A DNA stretch of 64,000 nucleotides, taken from the NCBI RefSeq assembly GCF_009914755.1, contig NC_060934.1; one strand, given 5' to 3'. The translations under genes were made by a program, and so were the position numbers. Source of the stretch: the human T2T-CHM13v2.0 reference genome, Homo sapiens. The notes beneath the pieces were generated by a model that was not told where the DNA came from, searched no databases, and worked only from the letters and a program-made list of their open reading frames with translations. Below are positions 13,865 to 27,339 of this stretch, piece by piece. The first letter of the stretch is position 1. Each line of letters starts with the position of its first letter.

Positions 13865-15099
13865 AAGAAGCAAGGTAGGGGTATCTCTCATACAGCTAAG
13901 GGCAATAATTCAGTAAAGGGGATTATCGGGGGTCTTACCAGTCAACATTCACGGCAGCTAGGGGATGTGGTGGGGCACCTGCATTATCCACCATAATCTG
14001 TAGCACTATTTTTTAAGAATAAAAATATGCTCCAAAACATGTAGATTTTACACACTATGGATAACCTGATGGGAGAGAGATGGAGTTAGAAATAGGTGAA
14101 AATTAAAAAAAAAAAAAACTAAAAGAATTTTCCTCTAGATTGTTGAATGATGAAGTTCTATTGCCCATTTCTGTATCTGTGACACAATAAAATATTGATA
14201 TAAATAAATACGTAGTGATGAAAAAAATACACAATTCCATCCCCAAACACACTCTTACCCTTTAAAAACACTGCTTTGCCAAAACTGAGAAAGCCTTGTG
14301 AATAGCTATGGTCTATAATTTAGGAGGTTTTTGTTGAGCTTTTGTAAGTCTCTACTAATGAGTCAGTGTTCAGCCACTGTTCAGTTGTAGCTTTTAATTG
14401 CAAACTTTGGGACACTCTAAATTAGGGGTATATGAAGCCAAATTCACTAAAACCCAATGCATGCTGATGGGCTTAGTTATTTTTTCCCAGTGTGGACTTA
14501 TGCTCAGCCTCAACTCTTACGTATATTTGCATTGTGAAGAAGAAAAAATTTTGCATTTTGATTTATTGATGCTTAAGTCCAAGGCACATTGTTTGCTAAG
14601 GCTTGCCTGATATTGAGGCTGTCTCAGGAGTAGTATTTTTATATGCTTGCTATCTTGCAAACAGAATAAAATTTATGTTACACAGTTTAACCATTTTGTC
14701 TTGTTTCCTGATCATCCAAATGCATAGTTACCTTACTATAATATCCAGGCTAATATTGTTATCCTCACTACCTCACTTGAAACACACAAATCAGACTCCA
14801 GTCTAACTTTTATAAAGGTAGACTAGAATCAGGAGTCCAACAATATTGTGGAAGCAGTTAGCATACATCTCTATCACAATGCAGCATCCAGTATCCAGTA
14901 CACAACATACTGCAATATCCAATGCAGTATTTTAATGTCTAAAAGAAAAGGAAATCTAGAAACCATGAGTAAAATTAATGAAACAATAAGCCCTATAGAT
15001 GTCTCTGTAGAAGTCTGGTGTGATAGCATGAAAGACTCAGACCTCAGAGGGAAGGGCTGGGGGTCTTGGTGCTGCCTCAGAAAGAGAACACTTAGCTTT

Positions 15100-17340
15100 T
15101 GGCTTGAATTTACCAGAGGATGAGCTGAGCAGCTCTGCTCAGAATCAGAATCATAGAAGGATTGTACCTAAGTGATAGGAAGAAGAGAATACTTACACTC
15201 TCTCCCCAGGACAATGAGAAATGAAAAGTAAACATGCTTCTGCCTAGGGCTTTGGGTGGGTAAAAATGTCTTCTATATCTCCTGTGGAATTAAACTCATA
15301 AACTGCTTCATGTATGCAAATGAAATCAAAAGTTTGTCTAATCCTATGAATAAAAAATAATTCACAAATAAAAAAAGGTTAAATCTAGCTCCAAACTGTT
15401 GAAACTCGTAGGCTATCTAATAAAAATAAATCAAAGCTATTCATATTAACAATTATAAAAATTAGAATATATAATATTTCTATAGACAAAAATAGCCTCT
15501 GCTGAAGATGTGCTTACATAAAATAAGATAATAATCTACCATGAGAGTCAGAAGACATAACAAACTGAAAATTAAATCGAAAAAGGAAGCACAAAGGAAG
15601 TATATGAAGAAAATCAATATGAGATCAAATTAATTAAATAAAAAACAAAATATGATCAAGAGGATTGACAACAAAAATTTATACTTTAAATAGAATTCAA
15701 AATTGATTTAAAAATTTGTTAATGCTAATGAATAGAAAAAAGAGAGGACAAATTTCCAAAATCAGAAATAAAAAATAAAAAGACATCAAATTTAAAAATA
15801 AAGGATATTATGGTCAACTTTTGGAAAATAAATGTAAAAATTTGAATAAAATCAAAAAGTCTTAAAAAATTATTACAACTGACCTAAGATCAAAGAAAAC
15901 ATAAATTGTCCTTTCTCTATTAAAAAACTGCATTCTTAAAAAAACACATAAAAACCTCTTCACAAATAAAAGAGCAGTTTCAGATGGCTTCAAAGCACAA
16001 GATTGGCAAACTTTAATAAAAGAATAACACCAAGCTTATAAAAATATTTCTAAAGAAGTAAAAAAAGTCAGAGCACTGACTATTTTATTTTAAGAAACCA
16101 GAGTTAACATGGTATTTAAACATGATGAAGGAATTATAAGAAAAGAAATGTACTGGACAATCCACGTATAAAAAAAATGAAAACTCTTAAAGATAATATT
16201 TGTTAAAAAGTCAGTAATACATACAAATTATAACATACTACGTCCAATTTAGGTTTATTTCTGGATTGCAATTTGCTTCAGTTTTCAAAAATTAATCAAC
16301 ATAATATATCTTGTTAATGGAATAAGGGATAAAAGTTTATTATCTCAATAAATACCTAAGTATAATTTGATAAAATTCAACCTCTATTGATGACAAAAAT
16401 TAAAAAGAATTTGAAAATCTAGAATACAAGATTTTTCTTAATCTTTTAAAAAAAATCATCTGGTGTTTTAGCAACCAGAATGTTAACTCTCGTGTGTCCA
16501 ATCAATTTTATACTGATTTTACCACATTTCTGTGTGATAAAATAAGGAAAGGAAATGAAAACAAATGTATATGAATCAGAAAGTGACAAATAAAACTAAT
16601 TATTTGTAGATAATATGGAATTTTAAAGTATAATGACTAATTGCAAAATCTATGAAGAATAGAGTAGGAAAATAAATTTCATGATATTCCTATAATGGAA
16701 TATTACATGACTAGACAAAATGAATGAACTAAGACTTTACATAAAAACAGAGTTGATTCTTTTATAAATACATTGTTGAGTAAATAAACCAGACATAAGA
16801 AAGTCTGTATAATTCTGTCTATAAAATTTCAAAAGTTGGCAGGACTAACTTGTGATGGTAAAAGTCTGGATAGTGGTATAATTGAGGAAAAAGAAAAGTG
16901 TAATGATTGAGAGGGGACATGAAGGAGGATCATGGGTTCTAGTAACATTTCTCGGAAAATGCAGTGATCATGCCAATCTGTTCATTTATAATTATTCACA
17001 AGGTATATTCTTATCATTTGTGTACTTTTCTGTATAATAGAATATGTTTTTAATTTTTTGAGTTTATAATCAAACAAGTCACAGAACAGATATTAGAATA
17101 CTACTTTCTGTATAAGAAAGGATGAGAAATTAATACCTATTTATGTAATCTATCTACACACACAAAACAGGAAGCAATGCACAATTGTTATTTTTAAGAG
17201 AACAGAGTTAAAACAAAATTCTCACAGTATAATTTTTATACACTTTTGATTTTGAACCAAAAAAAATTTCACATATTTAAAAATAGACTTGAAAAAGTAA
17301 GCCTTAAAAATAAAAAAATCAACTGAAACAGACTTTCTTC
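15100..17340 (+). mobile_element. Highly degraded L1 (L1ME-like) fragments
   Basis: Very A-rich with scattered ORF2 and 3'UTR motifs. Confidence 0.6.
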
Positions 17341-17909
17341 TTTTGTTAGTATTTAGAAAATAGAACAAAACCATTGTTTGTACACTATCAACCAAAACAA
17401 ACTGGTTAAGCAAAAAAAATTGTAGGTTTTATTTTTTTTTCACCAAAGCCTATCAGAAACTTATGAATGCAAATACACTGCATTCCAGAAAAAAAGATAA
17501 ACATATTATGGAATAAAAGAGACCGATGGCTCACAGGGAAGTGTGAAGAGGAAAATTTCATCACTGGTGAGTTTTAAGAGAAACTGTAAGAACTTTTACA
17601 AACTTGCCAGGGCCCAGCGTGAGCCTGCATGATGGTGTGAAATTCTGAGGCACCTGGGCTGCAGAACAAGTCTGCCCCACACACCAATTCTTTCCCAAGT
17701 GTCTTCACTGAGTGCTCTTGGGTAGTGTGTGTCAGTGGCAATGCAGGGCAGTTGCTGAGATGCCATTGAGGTGCATGGACCCTCCCCCAAGGGCAAGGCA
17801 AGAATACTCCATAAGCAGAGAGGCAGGAAGGGAGCTGAGAGACATGGATTTATCAAGGCAGCCAGGCTTTCAACAACTGAACAGCTGAGAGCAGAGAAAG
17901 AGCTGGGAG

Positions 17910-20480
17910 AAACTATAGTTGGATATTTCACACTCCTCTCTGAGTAATTGATAGAATAAGTGTATAAAAAAGTAGCAAAATACAGAATTTGAAAAACATT
18001 GTCATGGAATTTGACCTAAGTGGTATTTACAGAACACTTCACCTCAAAACTGCAGAATACCCATTATTTTCAATTGCATATAGAGCAGTCACCAAGATAG
18101 ACCAATATTCTGGGTCACAAAGCAAGTTTTAATCAATATAAAAGAATGGAATCATGTAGAATATATATATTCTCCCACCTCATTGCAAACCAAAAATAAA
18201 ATGCTAAGCCCCCTACCCCAGCCATATGAATGGATGCCTCCTCTAGGCCAAAGACATTCCAAATTTAACCTAAAAAATTTGTTCAGGCCATGATAGAAGG
18301 GGCAGTTGGACATGCTTCATTATACCCTCCCCAGTTTTGCAATTCAGGAAAAGCCAGCCAGCATTAACATCAACACATATCTTAAATCTGATCAGACAAT
18401 CTATTCTCTTTGAAGCCTGCTACTTGGAGGCTTCATCTGCATGATAAAAACTTGTTCTCCACAACCCCTTGTCATAACCAAGATATTCCTTTCTATTGAT
18501 AATAACTCTTTCAACCAACTGCCAATCAGAAAATTTTTGAATCCACCTATGATCTGGAAGCTCCCACAAATCCCCACACCCCACCAGATTGGTTAGATCT
18601 AGAAGTTGTCCCACCTTTCTAGATTGAGCCAATATAAATCTTACATGTATTTGATTGATGTCTAATTTCTCCCTAAAATGTATAAAACTAGGCTGTGCCA
18701 CAACCACCTTGGGCACATGTTCTCAGGATCTCCTGAGAGTTGTGTCACAGGTCATTGGTCACTCATACTTGGCTCAGAATAAATCTCTTCAAATATTTTA
18801 CAGAGTTTGACTCTTTTGTAGACAATAAGGATTTTAAATAAGAAATCAGTGGCATTAAGGTATCCAGAAAATTCCCAAATATTTGACAATTTAGTAATAC
18901 CACTTTAAATAACACATCAAACAGGGAATTAAAAAAATTAAAAAGTATTTCAGCCTAAGTTATAACTAAAACACGACATATCTAATTGTGCGGCTCATAG
19001 CTAAAGAAGTGCTTAGAGGAAATTAAATGGCTTTAAATGATTGTATTAGAAAATAATAAAGGTCTCAACCAAATTACCTTAGTTTCCAACTTGAGAAACT
19101 AGAAGTAAAGCAAATTAAATCAAAAATAAGTAGAAAAAATTAATAAATGTTGGAATCAATAGAAAAATGACATAAAAAATTGATAACTCAAAACTTTGAA
19201 AATAATAAAAAAATTAGTCAAAATCCAGCAATATTAGTTAAGATACAGTGAGAAAATGCAAATATCTAACAACAGAAATAAAATAAGAAACATAATTATA
19301 AATTTACCAACATTGAAAAGATAATAAGGGAATAGCATGAAGAATTTAATGATAATAAATTCTTTGACATAAATTAAGTGAACAAAGCCTTGAAGAGTAA
19401 AACTTACCACAGTTGATACAAGAAGAAATATAAAATAAAAAAATCCCAATATTTACTAAAAAATTCAACTCATACTAAAAAATATTTCCACAAAGAATAT
19501 CCTAGGCCCAGATGATTTTTTTAACAATTCCATGAAATTTTGAGAGAGATAATGTGAATTCTAAACAAATGTTTTCAGAATAAATCAAAAATTCTGCACA
19601 ATTTTTTGTAGTACTAAAAAGGAGTAAATGGTTATTCTAACATATTTTGTGAAACTCATAAAATACTGATATTAGTACCTGACAAAGACATTGGAAGAAA
19701 AAGTTACAGATCAATATCTCTCATGAACATGGACATAAAATCCTTCATAAAATGTTAGTAAACCTTTCCCAGCAATACATAAAAAGAATAATAAGTCATG
19801 ACCAAATAGAATTTCTCTCAGGAATGCAAGGTTGTTTTAACATCTGTGAATCAGGCAATGTAATTCACCACATCACCAGAATGAAGAGAAAAAAATGATC
19901 ACTTCAGTAAATGCAAAAAATCATTTGATTAAATTTACAGCCCCTTCATAATAGCTTTCAGGAAACCAGGAACATAAAAGAAATTCCTCATTCTGAATAA
20001 AGGACATTTACAAAACAAAACAAAACAAAAAAACATCTAGCTAACATCATTCTTAATGGTAGAATATTGAATGATTTTCCACTAAAATCAGAAAAAAGAA
20101 CATATCTACTCTCTTAGTTTGCATTCAGTGTTGTACTGGAAGTCCAAACTATTGAAAAAATAAAGAAGGAAGGAAAGAAGGGAAAAGGAAATAAAGATTG
20201 GTTGGGAAAAAAAGAAATAAAACGTTGACTGTTATTACTTGTAATAATGACTGTGTATGTAAAATACTCAATGAAATCTACTAAAAATCTACTAGAAGTT
20301 AAAATTACATTTAGCAATTTTACAAGAGGCAATGTCAATATACAAAAACCAATTATATTTTTAATACTAACAAATAATTGGCAAAAAGTTATCAATAATA
20401 TAACTGTATTATGTAAAATAGGAAAAAATAAGTAATATTCAAGTCTCATAAATTGAAGACTATAAAATGTTGACTATAAA
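17910..20480 (+). mobile_element. Old L1 ORF2 segment, interrupted by an LTR at 18184-18824
   Basis: L1 endonuclease/RT DNA motifs ('caggaatgcaaggttgttttaacat', 'gttgtactggaagtcc'). ORF 20247-20435 is an RT remnant. Confidence 0.8.
18184..18824 (+). mobile_element. ERV1 solo LTR, MER4 family
   Basis: Starts 'tgcaaaccaaaaataaaatgctaagcccc' and ends 'aataaatctcttcaaatattttacagagtttgactcttttgtagaca' (TG...CA termini). Has TATA-like 'tataaaa' and AATAAA. Confidence 0.8.
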
Positions 20481-20579
20481 ATATAACTTAAAAGTTAATA
20501 TTATATCACTTTGCCATCAATATGAGAGCCTTATTTTGATATAGTTTGATATTTATCCTTGTCCTTTGCACTGTTATTG

Positions 20580-20581
<2 letters not shown>

Positions 20582-20619
<38 letters not shown>

Positions 20620-20651
20620 TACACACACACATACACACATACATACACACA
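20582..20651. repeat. (TA)n(CA)n compound microsatellite
   Basis: Directly visible. Confidence 0.95.
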
Positions 20652-20654
20652 GGT

Positions 20655-22860
20655 ATATAATTATTGCTTTAGAAGTTATGTCTTCTAAAGAAATTAAGAG
20701 AAAAAAATTATATGGGCTGTCATATTTCTCCATATGTTTTTTTATTTCCTGGGCTCTTTATCTCTTTCTGTTAATCTGAATTTCCATATGGTATCAATTC
20801 TTTGCAGTCTGAAGCAATTTCTGTAGCTTTTTGTGTGAAGACATGTAAAGACAAATTCTCGCAATTTCTTTCCCTGGAAATATTTTTATGCTGTTCTGAT
20901 ACTGAAGAATAGTTTTTCTAGTTGTATAACTTGTGTGTGTGTGTGTTTGTGTGTGTGCACTTATACACCCATGTACATTTCCTAGCACTTTAAAGGTGGT
21001 CTTTTTCTATCTTCTGGCCTCCATTGTTTCTTCTCACAAGTCAGCTGTCATTGAAATTGTTTCCTTGCATGTAATGTACATTTTTTTCTGGCTGCTTTAC
21101 AGGATATTCAATCTCTCTCTTTCTCTCTTTCTCTCTCTCTTTCTGTCTTTCTCCCTCTCTCTCTCTCCCTCTCTCCTTCTTCCTCTCTCTCTCCCTCTCT
21201 CTCTCTTTCTCTCCCTACCCAATCTCTCTCTTTTTTGCAGCTGGACTATGATCTGAATAGATGTGGTATATTTATCCTGCTCCTTAGTACTTGTCATTCT
21301 GAGGAGTCAACTGATTAACTAAAAGCTCAGGATTTTCAACAGGATCCTTTCACTCTAGCTGTTTGAACCACTCCCTTTGACTCTGGCCATTACATAGCCA
21401 AAGAAATCTCTATTCAACCCACAGTTGCCCAGCAACTTTTGTCTACCTGACTGTGTTTCTGCATATCAGCAATGTAGTATTTGGCCAAAACCTTGAGACC
21501 TGCTGCTGATTTTTGAAGTTCCTTCTCTACACAGCTACCTTTTCTCCAGTACCCTGCTTTGCTGTCTCTAGCTGCCTCGAACTTTCAGATCCTCTGATTT
21601 CTGTAATCTCAGTTCCTCTAAGCCCCTAAACTTTCCTAGATCGCTACATCCCTGCAAAGCAGTGCAGAGTGCCCCTCTGCAAAATGCCAGGGCAATCACA
21701 GGGCTCACCTCATGTGTTTCCGTCTATCTCAGGAAGCATATTGCTGTGTTGCAATGTGATTCCATAATCTAGAAGCTTTGCCTAATATACTTCTTTCCAA
21801 TTTTTAATATTTATTTACAGCAAGAGGGATTATCTGGTACCAATTGCTCTGTTATAGCAGAAGGAGAACTTTACAAATTTTTGTTTTTCAAGTTTTTAAA
21901 CATTCAGAAATTGTGAAAGAATATTAATAATTGTTAGCACTTTTCTACTTCTAAAAAATTCTTTTCGTGTACAATTTTTTACAATGACATTTTAAAATAA
22001 GTTGCAGGCATAATAATAATTCACTCGTAAATGCTTATATATTTCCTCTGAATAAGGACCTTTTCCAACATAACTGTAATACCATTATTATAGTTAAAAT
22101 TAATAATAATCCCATAGTAACATATAATATGCATTCTATATTCAGATTTACCCATTTGCCTTCAAATTGTCCCTGTAACTGATTTAATTGTTTGGGAATT
22201 ACAGAAAGGCCTTGTTTTACTGATTTAATTATTTATTCCGGATCCAAGGCCCAATCAAGGCTCACGCATTACAATGCATTTGTTCTTATTTTTCTATGAT
22301 CTCTTTTAAACTAGAATAGTTTATTGTTTATTGTTTGTTTATTTGTTTCCTTTTAAAGAGTCAGGTTACAGTCTTCTAATTGAATTTTCCACAATTTGGA
22401 CTTTTCTGATTGTTTACTGATGCTATTGCTCAAAGCATTCCTCTATTTCTGAATTTCAATTAAATTTAACCTTAGGGCTAATGATTTATTTAGATTAAGA
22501 TTAGATATTTTTGTCAAGAATACATCATAGGTGATATCATAACTTCAAATAACATCTTATCAGAAGTCAAAAATGCCAGGATGTTTCACCATAAAGGATG
22601 CTAGTTTGGATCATTTGCTTAATGTAGTTAACACCATCTCTCCATTTTAAGATAATATTTTTCCCTTTATAATCAGTAAGTAACTGAGCAATAATATGTG
22701 TCACTGTGAATTTTTTTTCCAAAAACATTTCACCCACGGGTTTTTGTACCCATTGCTAGTATTTTCTCGAGTAAGTTTTTATATTAGGAATTGCAAATTC
22801 ATGATTTTTAAATTATACATTGATTAGCTATCATTTTTGTAAATACTTTTTAAAATTCCC
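20655..22860 (-). mobile_element. Antisense old L1 fragments, with a CT-rich tract at ~21112-21232
   Basis: 'tctggcctccattgtttct...aagtcagctgtca' is antisense L1 ORF1; a T-rich L1ME-like 3' end follows at ~21880-22860. Confidence 0.6.
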
Positions 22861-22991
22861 CATAATTTCTATACTTAGAGAAATTGAAAGCTATTGAATA
22901 AGAATTAGAAAAATGTCATTTTAAAAATCAGCATTTACAGGTCATTTGTCCCTTTTGGAGGTATCATATATAAAATTGTAAGGTTGGGTGT

Positions 22992-23597
22992 TATGAGGCC
23001 AAGGGGAAAGTTCCACTTAGCCCTCCTAAAGTTTGCTGAAAAATCAACTTGCAAACACATTTGTCTGATCATAGTTTTCTATGACACAGGAGCCTTCAGA
23101 AAAAAGGGCCAAAGATACAGGGAAATTGTCCATTTTTGTGGTTAGGTTTAACAAAATGTGGACAGCTGTGTAGAAATATAACTGGACTAAAAGGGTATGA
23201 TCTAATGCTAAGAGCCTGAATGGGGAGGCAAGGCCTGTCTGTCTAGATTCTTCTGGGCCTCTCTGCACAGCATTTCTTCCTTCAAGGCATGGGGCAGGAC
23301 CTTCTCTGGAATGGGGTCTTATGACTTACAGTGAAACATGGTAGATCACATAATTTCTTCATAGGCAGTTTTTACACAGAAAGGCGGAGGGAAAATTAGA
23401 GTAATATTTCTAGGTTTCACAGCTGGCTTTGAGGAAAAGAGGTTCTGATTTCTATGTCCCACCTCGGGGAGGAAGGATTCTGGCTTCCATGGCTAGCCTC
23501 GGGGGAGAATGAGGGGCCAGAGGTCAGGGAGAGACCTGTGCTTCTGAGGCTGCTTCTAAGGCCTTCATTTTGGGAGTTTGTTTCCTGAGTCCCAGCA
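22992..23597 (-). mobile_element. ERV1 solo LTR (MER39/MER34-like group)
   Basis: Minus strand begins 'tgctgggactcaggaaacaaactcccaaaatgaaggccttagaagcagcctcagaagc'. Flanked by a 4-bp TSD gtgt (22988-22991, 23598-23601). Confidence 0.7.
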
Positions 23598-24199
23598 GTG
23601 TCAAGGTCAGGCCAGTCTGGCTGGAGTTTCCTTCCTCAAAGGTGAGCTGGTAGCTCCAGGCCTCTGAAGCTCCAAGAGCCATTGCCCGGGTCTCTCCCAT
23701 GGTCTCTGCACTTCCCATGGAGCTGGTTCTGGAGAGGGCCTTTCCTTGTTAATTTGGTTAAAAATGGCCAATTTCCCAGTGGGGACATGTGGGCTTCTGG
23801 TTGCAGTGGAGACTAAGGGGTATGTATCCCCAACTGACTAAATGCTTGCCAACCAGCTTCTGTAAAAGCAGATTTCATACCCAAGGGCACCTTGTCTTTT
23901 CGGGGCTGATTATCCTCTTTCAAGCCAAGGAGAAATAATCCCTGACAAGCACTCATGAGCATAGCTGCAGCACATCCTGTTCCATTTTATCTTTGCCTTA
24001 TTTGCTTGGAGTGGTCAATTCCCTCCTTAACAGAAATTGAGAGGAATCAATACCTTCCTTCTTAAAACCAAAACAAAAAACAAAATATCAGGTAAAAAGG
24101 TCAGCTCTTCTGAAAATTACTCAGCACCCTGAAGCTCAGACAGCTTAAACTGGGGGAATGTCATCCTCAGCCATTTTTCCAGGCAGAAGGGACTCACCT

Positions 24200-24774
24200 G
24201 TTACTGTGAGCGAGGTGTGTAATGAGGCTTGGAGGAAAAGGGACAAGGAGCTAAAATTATAAAGCATTTTCTCTGAACTTGTTTGCACTGAAGCATCTCC
24301 TTTAATAGTCATTTGCAATATTCTTATTATTTGTCTTGCTTTAAAAATTAAAAAAAAGAGAGAAATTGTTGACAGACCAGGTCACTCGTCCCAAGTTATA
24401 TGGCTGGAAGGCAGTGGAGTTACATTTGAAAATCAGTTAGCAGAGATAAGGGGCAGTGGGACTTCCAACCCTAGATTTTTCACAGCCCCACTGACAAAGA
24501 CATTCTTTCAGCTCTGTCTAACTCCTTACCCCTACCACCTGGTTTTCAAATGTAATGCCACTGCCTTCCAGCCATATAACTTGAGACAACTGACCTGATT
24601 GCTCAATAATTTCTCTTTTTTTCTTATTTTTAAAACAAGATAAATAAAAAGAATATTGCAGGTGACTATTAAACAAGACGTTACAGTACAAACAATTTCA
24701 GAGAGAATGCTCTATGATCTTAGTTCCTTGTCCCTTTTCCTCCAAACCTCATTATACATTTCACTCACAGTAAC
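24200..24774. repeat. Long inverted repeat: arms 24200-24436 and 24539-24774, spacer ~100 bp
   Basis: The reverse complement of the right arm aligns end to end with the left arm (gttactgtgag...ggaggaaaagggacaagga...caagttatatggctggaaggcagtgg...ttacatttgaaaa). About 80-85% identity by hand. Confidence 0.95.
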
Positions 24775-25332
24775 CATACAAAAGAGAAATCCCTATTCCT
24801 ACTTCATATTTAAGGATACCATGGCTGAGAGAGCTAATTGCCTACAGTGACAGGCACTAAGTCACCTTGCCCTCTCTCCTGACCCTTGTCATGAGCCTCT
24901 GATGGACTCTGCACTGTTAACTCATTCCCAACTTACTACCTACTGAGGTATTTTCCAGAAGTAGGACCACCAGTGCTAAAACCAGGGCAGTCTAGGGCAA
25001 ACTAAGATGGCTTTTCACCCTAAATTCCCCCTCCTGGACGAAACTATTATTCCTTTTTTTGTTTATTTTTTTCTTGCTGAGAGGGCATCACATTTACTCT
25101 ACTGGTTTATCTCAATTAAGTCCTTATTCTCCCCAGAGATAATCCCTGCTACCTTCATACACTCCATCCTGATACCATCTTTGTGTCCTCCTGGTCCTCA
25201 GCCATGGTCTCATTTAATTTTGGGTTGTTTAAGCCAAAGAGGAAGATGGATATTTTTCCTGACACGTAGCAATCTCCTGTTAGATTCAAGACTGATTGAC
25301 CTTGCTCTTTGATCTTCTTGAAACTTGTTTTC

Positions 25333-25537
25333 CCCAGCTTTGTTAAGGTATAATTGGCAGATAAATGCGTAAGGAAAATACGACATATGTGTACAATGGT
25401 ATACTATTCAGCCTTAAAAAGGAAGGAAATCTTGTCATTCGCAAAAACATGGATGAACCTGGAAGCTATGCTAAGTGAAGTAAGCTAGGCACAGAAAGAT
25501 CAATACCACATGGCTCACTTACATATGCAATCTGAAA
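25333..25537 (+). mobile_element. L1MA-type 3' fragment preceded by a short inverted L1 3' tip
   Basis: 'cagctttgttaaggtataattggcag' (antisense L1 end) followed by 'tactattcagccttaaaaaggaaggaaatc...acatggatgaacctgga'. Confidence 0.7.
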
Positions 25538-25787
25538 TTATGCTCTGTATGATTCCTCTTCATGAGAGGTTTCAAACCCAGGGGATCACGCACCCTAGCA
25601 ATATGCATCATTACTATCCTGATAGGCTTTGGGCCCCTGAATACTCAGTGCTCTGCTCTGACGTTCCAGAATCTCACTTTGGTCTGGGACATTCCACACA
25701 TCGGTGGACTGTCAGGCTATATGTCATTTGCTCAGATTTACTAATAAACCCTGAACAACAACAAAAAAAAAACCCAACACTGGAAGA

Positions 25788-25791
25788 ACAC

Positions 25792-25837
<46 letters not shown>

Positions 25838-25991
25838 AAAGGAGAAAGAAAAAGAAAGAAAGAAAGAGTGAGAGAAAAAGAAAGAAAAGAAAGAAAGAAA
25901 GAAAGAAAAGAAAGAAAGAAAGAAAGAAAAAGAAAGAAAGAAAGAAAGAAAGAAAGAGAAAGAGAGAAAGAAAGAGAAAGAAAGAAGAAAA
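25788..25991. repeat. (CA)n plus (GAAA)n compound microsatellite
   Basis: Directly visible. Explains the low-complexity ORFs between 25510 and 26124. Confidence 0.95.
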
Positions 25992-26034
25992 ACCTACTAG
26001 CGGTACATGGAGCATGTGGGCCTTATATTTCGTA

Positions 26035-26190
26035 TCAGCTGGGTTCCTGTCACTTTGTGTGATTTTAGACAAGGCATTTACTTCGAGTCTAGTTCTCCTT
26101 GCTATAAGAGGGAGTAATGATTAAATGATTTGCTCTCAGGAACAACTTAGAATAGTACCTGCGATACAACAGGTGCTTACTAACACCTAA
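26035..26190 (+). mobile_element. MIR SINE
   Basis: 'tgtgtgattttagacaaggcatttactt...cttagaatagtacctg...gtgcttactaa'. Confidence 0.6.
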
Positions 26191-27104
26191 CTTCCTTTTT
26201 TCTGTTAAGCTGAGAACCATGACTTTTCTTCCCCAGAACTTGCAGGCTGTGATGGGCACACAGAAGTGGGTTTTACTGGATTTCCAGCAGGATTGGATGG
26301 GCCCTCCTGGTACGGATGCAGTTGGTGCCTGTAGGGCCAGCATGAATGCCATCTTGTAGAAGCCAGAGTGTCTCAATTTCTTGTGCAAGATACGTGGTGA
26401 CCAAACACCCCTGGGAAGAACCCAGAGTCACTCCCAAGTCCACCCGAGTCCTCACTGACTACATAGTGCTGAATGCAAACATGGGTACTAATTGAATAAA
26501 GCTTCCTCAGGATCAATATGGCTTCACTCCAAGTAAGCCTACTATTTAAATAAGTGAAACAAAATGCTACTTACTGGCCTCTGCTATTTATCTCCTAATT
26601 ACGAGCATATTTGGCTGACTCAAAACCAATTTATGTGTAGAAGTCAAACAAAAAGGTCTCATTACTAAAACCTGGACATCCTTTTATGCAAATGAAGTGC
26701 TATGATATACAAGGATTTACTATGAACAAACAAAGCTGAACTTGGATGCACATGTGCTTCCAGTCAAAAGAAGTTCCCAACTGGGTAGAGCCCTGGACTG
26801 CCTTTGCTATGTGTCTTTTGTGGAGAGGGAAGCCAACAGCACCATCTCCAGCCTGCAGCCTGGCACACACAACAGCAATGGAGGCAGAGCAAGGATATTA
26901 CACTTGATCTTAGCCAAAAGACTGAGAAGTGATAGAGAGCAAGAATATTGTTGTCCACCAAAACAGCCATGTGAATGGCCCTTCCCAATCCCTGGTCTTA
27001 GTTGCAAAATCTTCTCTACTCGAAAACCCTGCACATCTGCACATTTTCAGCCACTCACAGTCACAGCCACATTCTGAGGTCATATGTATCATAAAAGTAT
27101 AAAT

Positions 27105-27330
27105 ATCCACCTACTCCTAGAGAGCTTACCATGTTCTATACTGTGCTAAGTGCTTTATGTGCACTACTACATTGAATTCTCACTACAAGCTTTTGACATA
27201 GGAACTATTATTATCTCCACTTTATAGATTAGGCAATTGAGTTCCAAGTTCACACAGCTAATAACTAAGAAACAAGACTTATACACAGATGTGTCTAACA
27301 TCAAGGTATGTGTTTATATCAGTTGCACAA
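27105..27330 (-). mobile_element. MIR SINE
   Basis: 'ctgtgctaagtgctttat...actattattatctccactttatagat...aagttcacacagctaata'. Confidence 0.75.
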
Positions 27331-27339
27331 TACGTTTCT

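Noticed and set aside
25510-26124. 204-aa ORF (longest in the track) and overlapping K/R/E- or F/S/L-rich ORFs
   Set aside because: Open only because they run through (CA)n and (GAAA)n microsatellites; the ORF starts inside an L1 fragment.
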